Assembly (NCBI GenBank): GCA_000175855.1
Contig: ACYB01000045.1
Coordinates: forward strand, 1 to 5,796
Source of the DNA: Raphidiopsis brookii D9
GTDB taxonomy: Bacteria > Cyanobacteriota > Cyanobacteriia > Cyanobacteriales > Nostocaceae
Direction: 5' to 3'
DNA: 5,796 nucleotides
Under the pieces are notes generated by a model, which saw nothing but the letters and a program-made list of their open reading frames with translations, did no database searches and was not told the DNA's origin. Of the stretch, positions 5,701 through 5,796 are shown in pieces (the first letter of the stretch is position 1; the number at the start of each line of letters is the position of its first letter). A program made the translations under genes and the position numbers.

Positions 5701-5796
5701 TCAATAATCTATCCCAAATGTGTTGTTATAACTATACTCTCTCCATGTTTCTAATAATAAATTAGAAAGGTGATAAAAAACACAGTCTTGATTTTT

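Overview
The window is dominated by one very large CRISPR array at 1258-5447. It has 57 copies of the 36-nt repeat GTTTCCATTAATTCCACTTCCTAGATGAAAGCGGAC (as written on +) and 56 unique spacers of 33-52 nt. 56 of 57 repeats are identical, and repeat 12 (2081-2117) carries a 1-nt insertion. Repeat RNA folding, the GGAAAC 3' end, the position of the variant repeat and the AT-rich 5448-5796 flank all suggest transcription from the - strand, with the leader on the right. No cas gene is visible, so the subtype cannot be assigned. The variable spacer length and a sense-strand bias in spacer content hint at an RNA-targeting type III-like system. To the left of the array sits a type IV toxin-antitoxin pair on +. 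The abiEi antitoxin/regulator (221-844) is intact. It overlaps by ATGA a decayed abiEii nucleotidyltransferase toxin (841-1134, 97 codons, DLDF motif out of frame), which runs almost into the first repeat. Spacer content points to a cyanobacterial host: pentapeptide-repeat coding sequence in two spacers and a HIP1 octamer GCGATCGC in a third. This is an inference. The putative leader contains an unexplained element of about 140 bp bounded by inverted repeats. All counts were made by hand from the sequence and should be recomputed.
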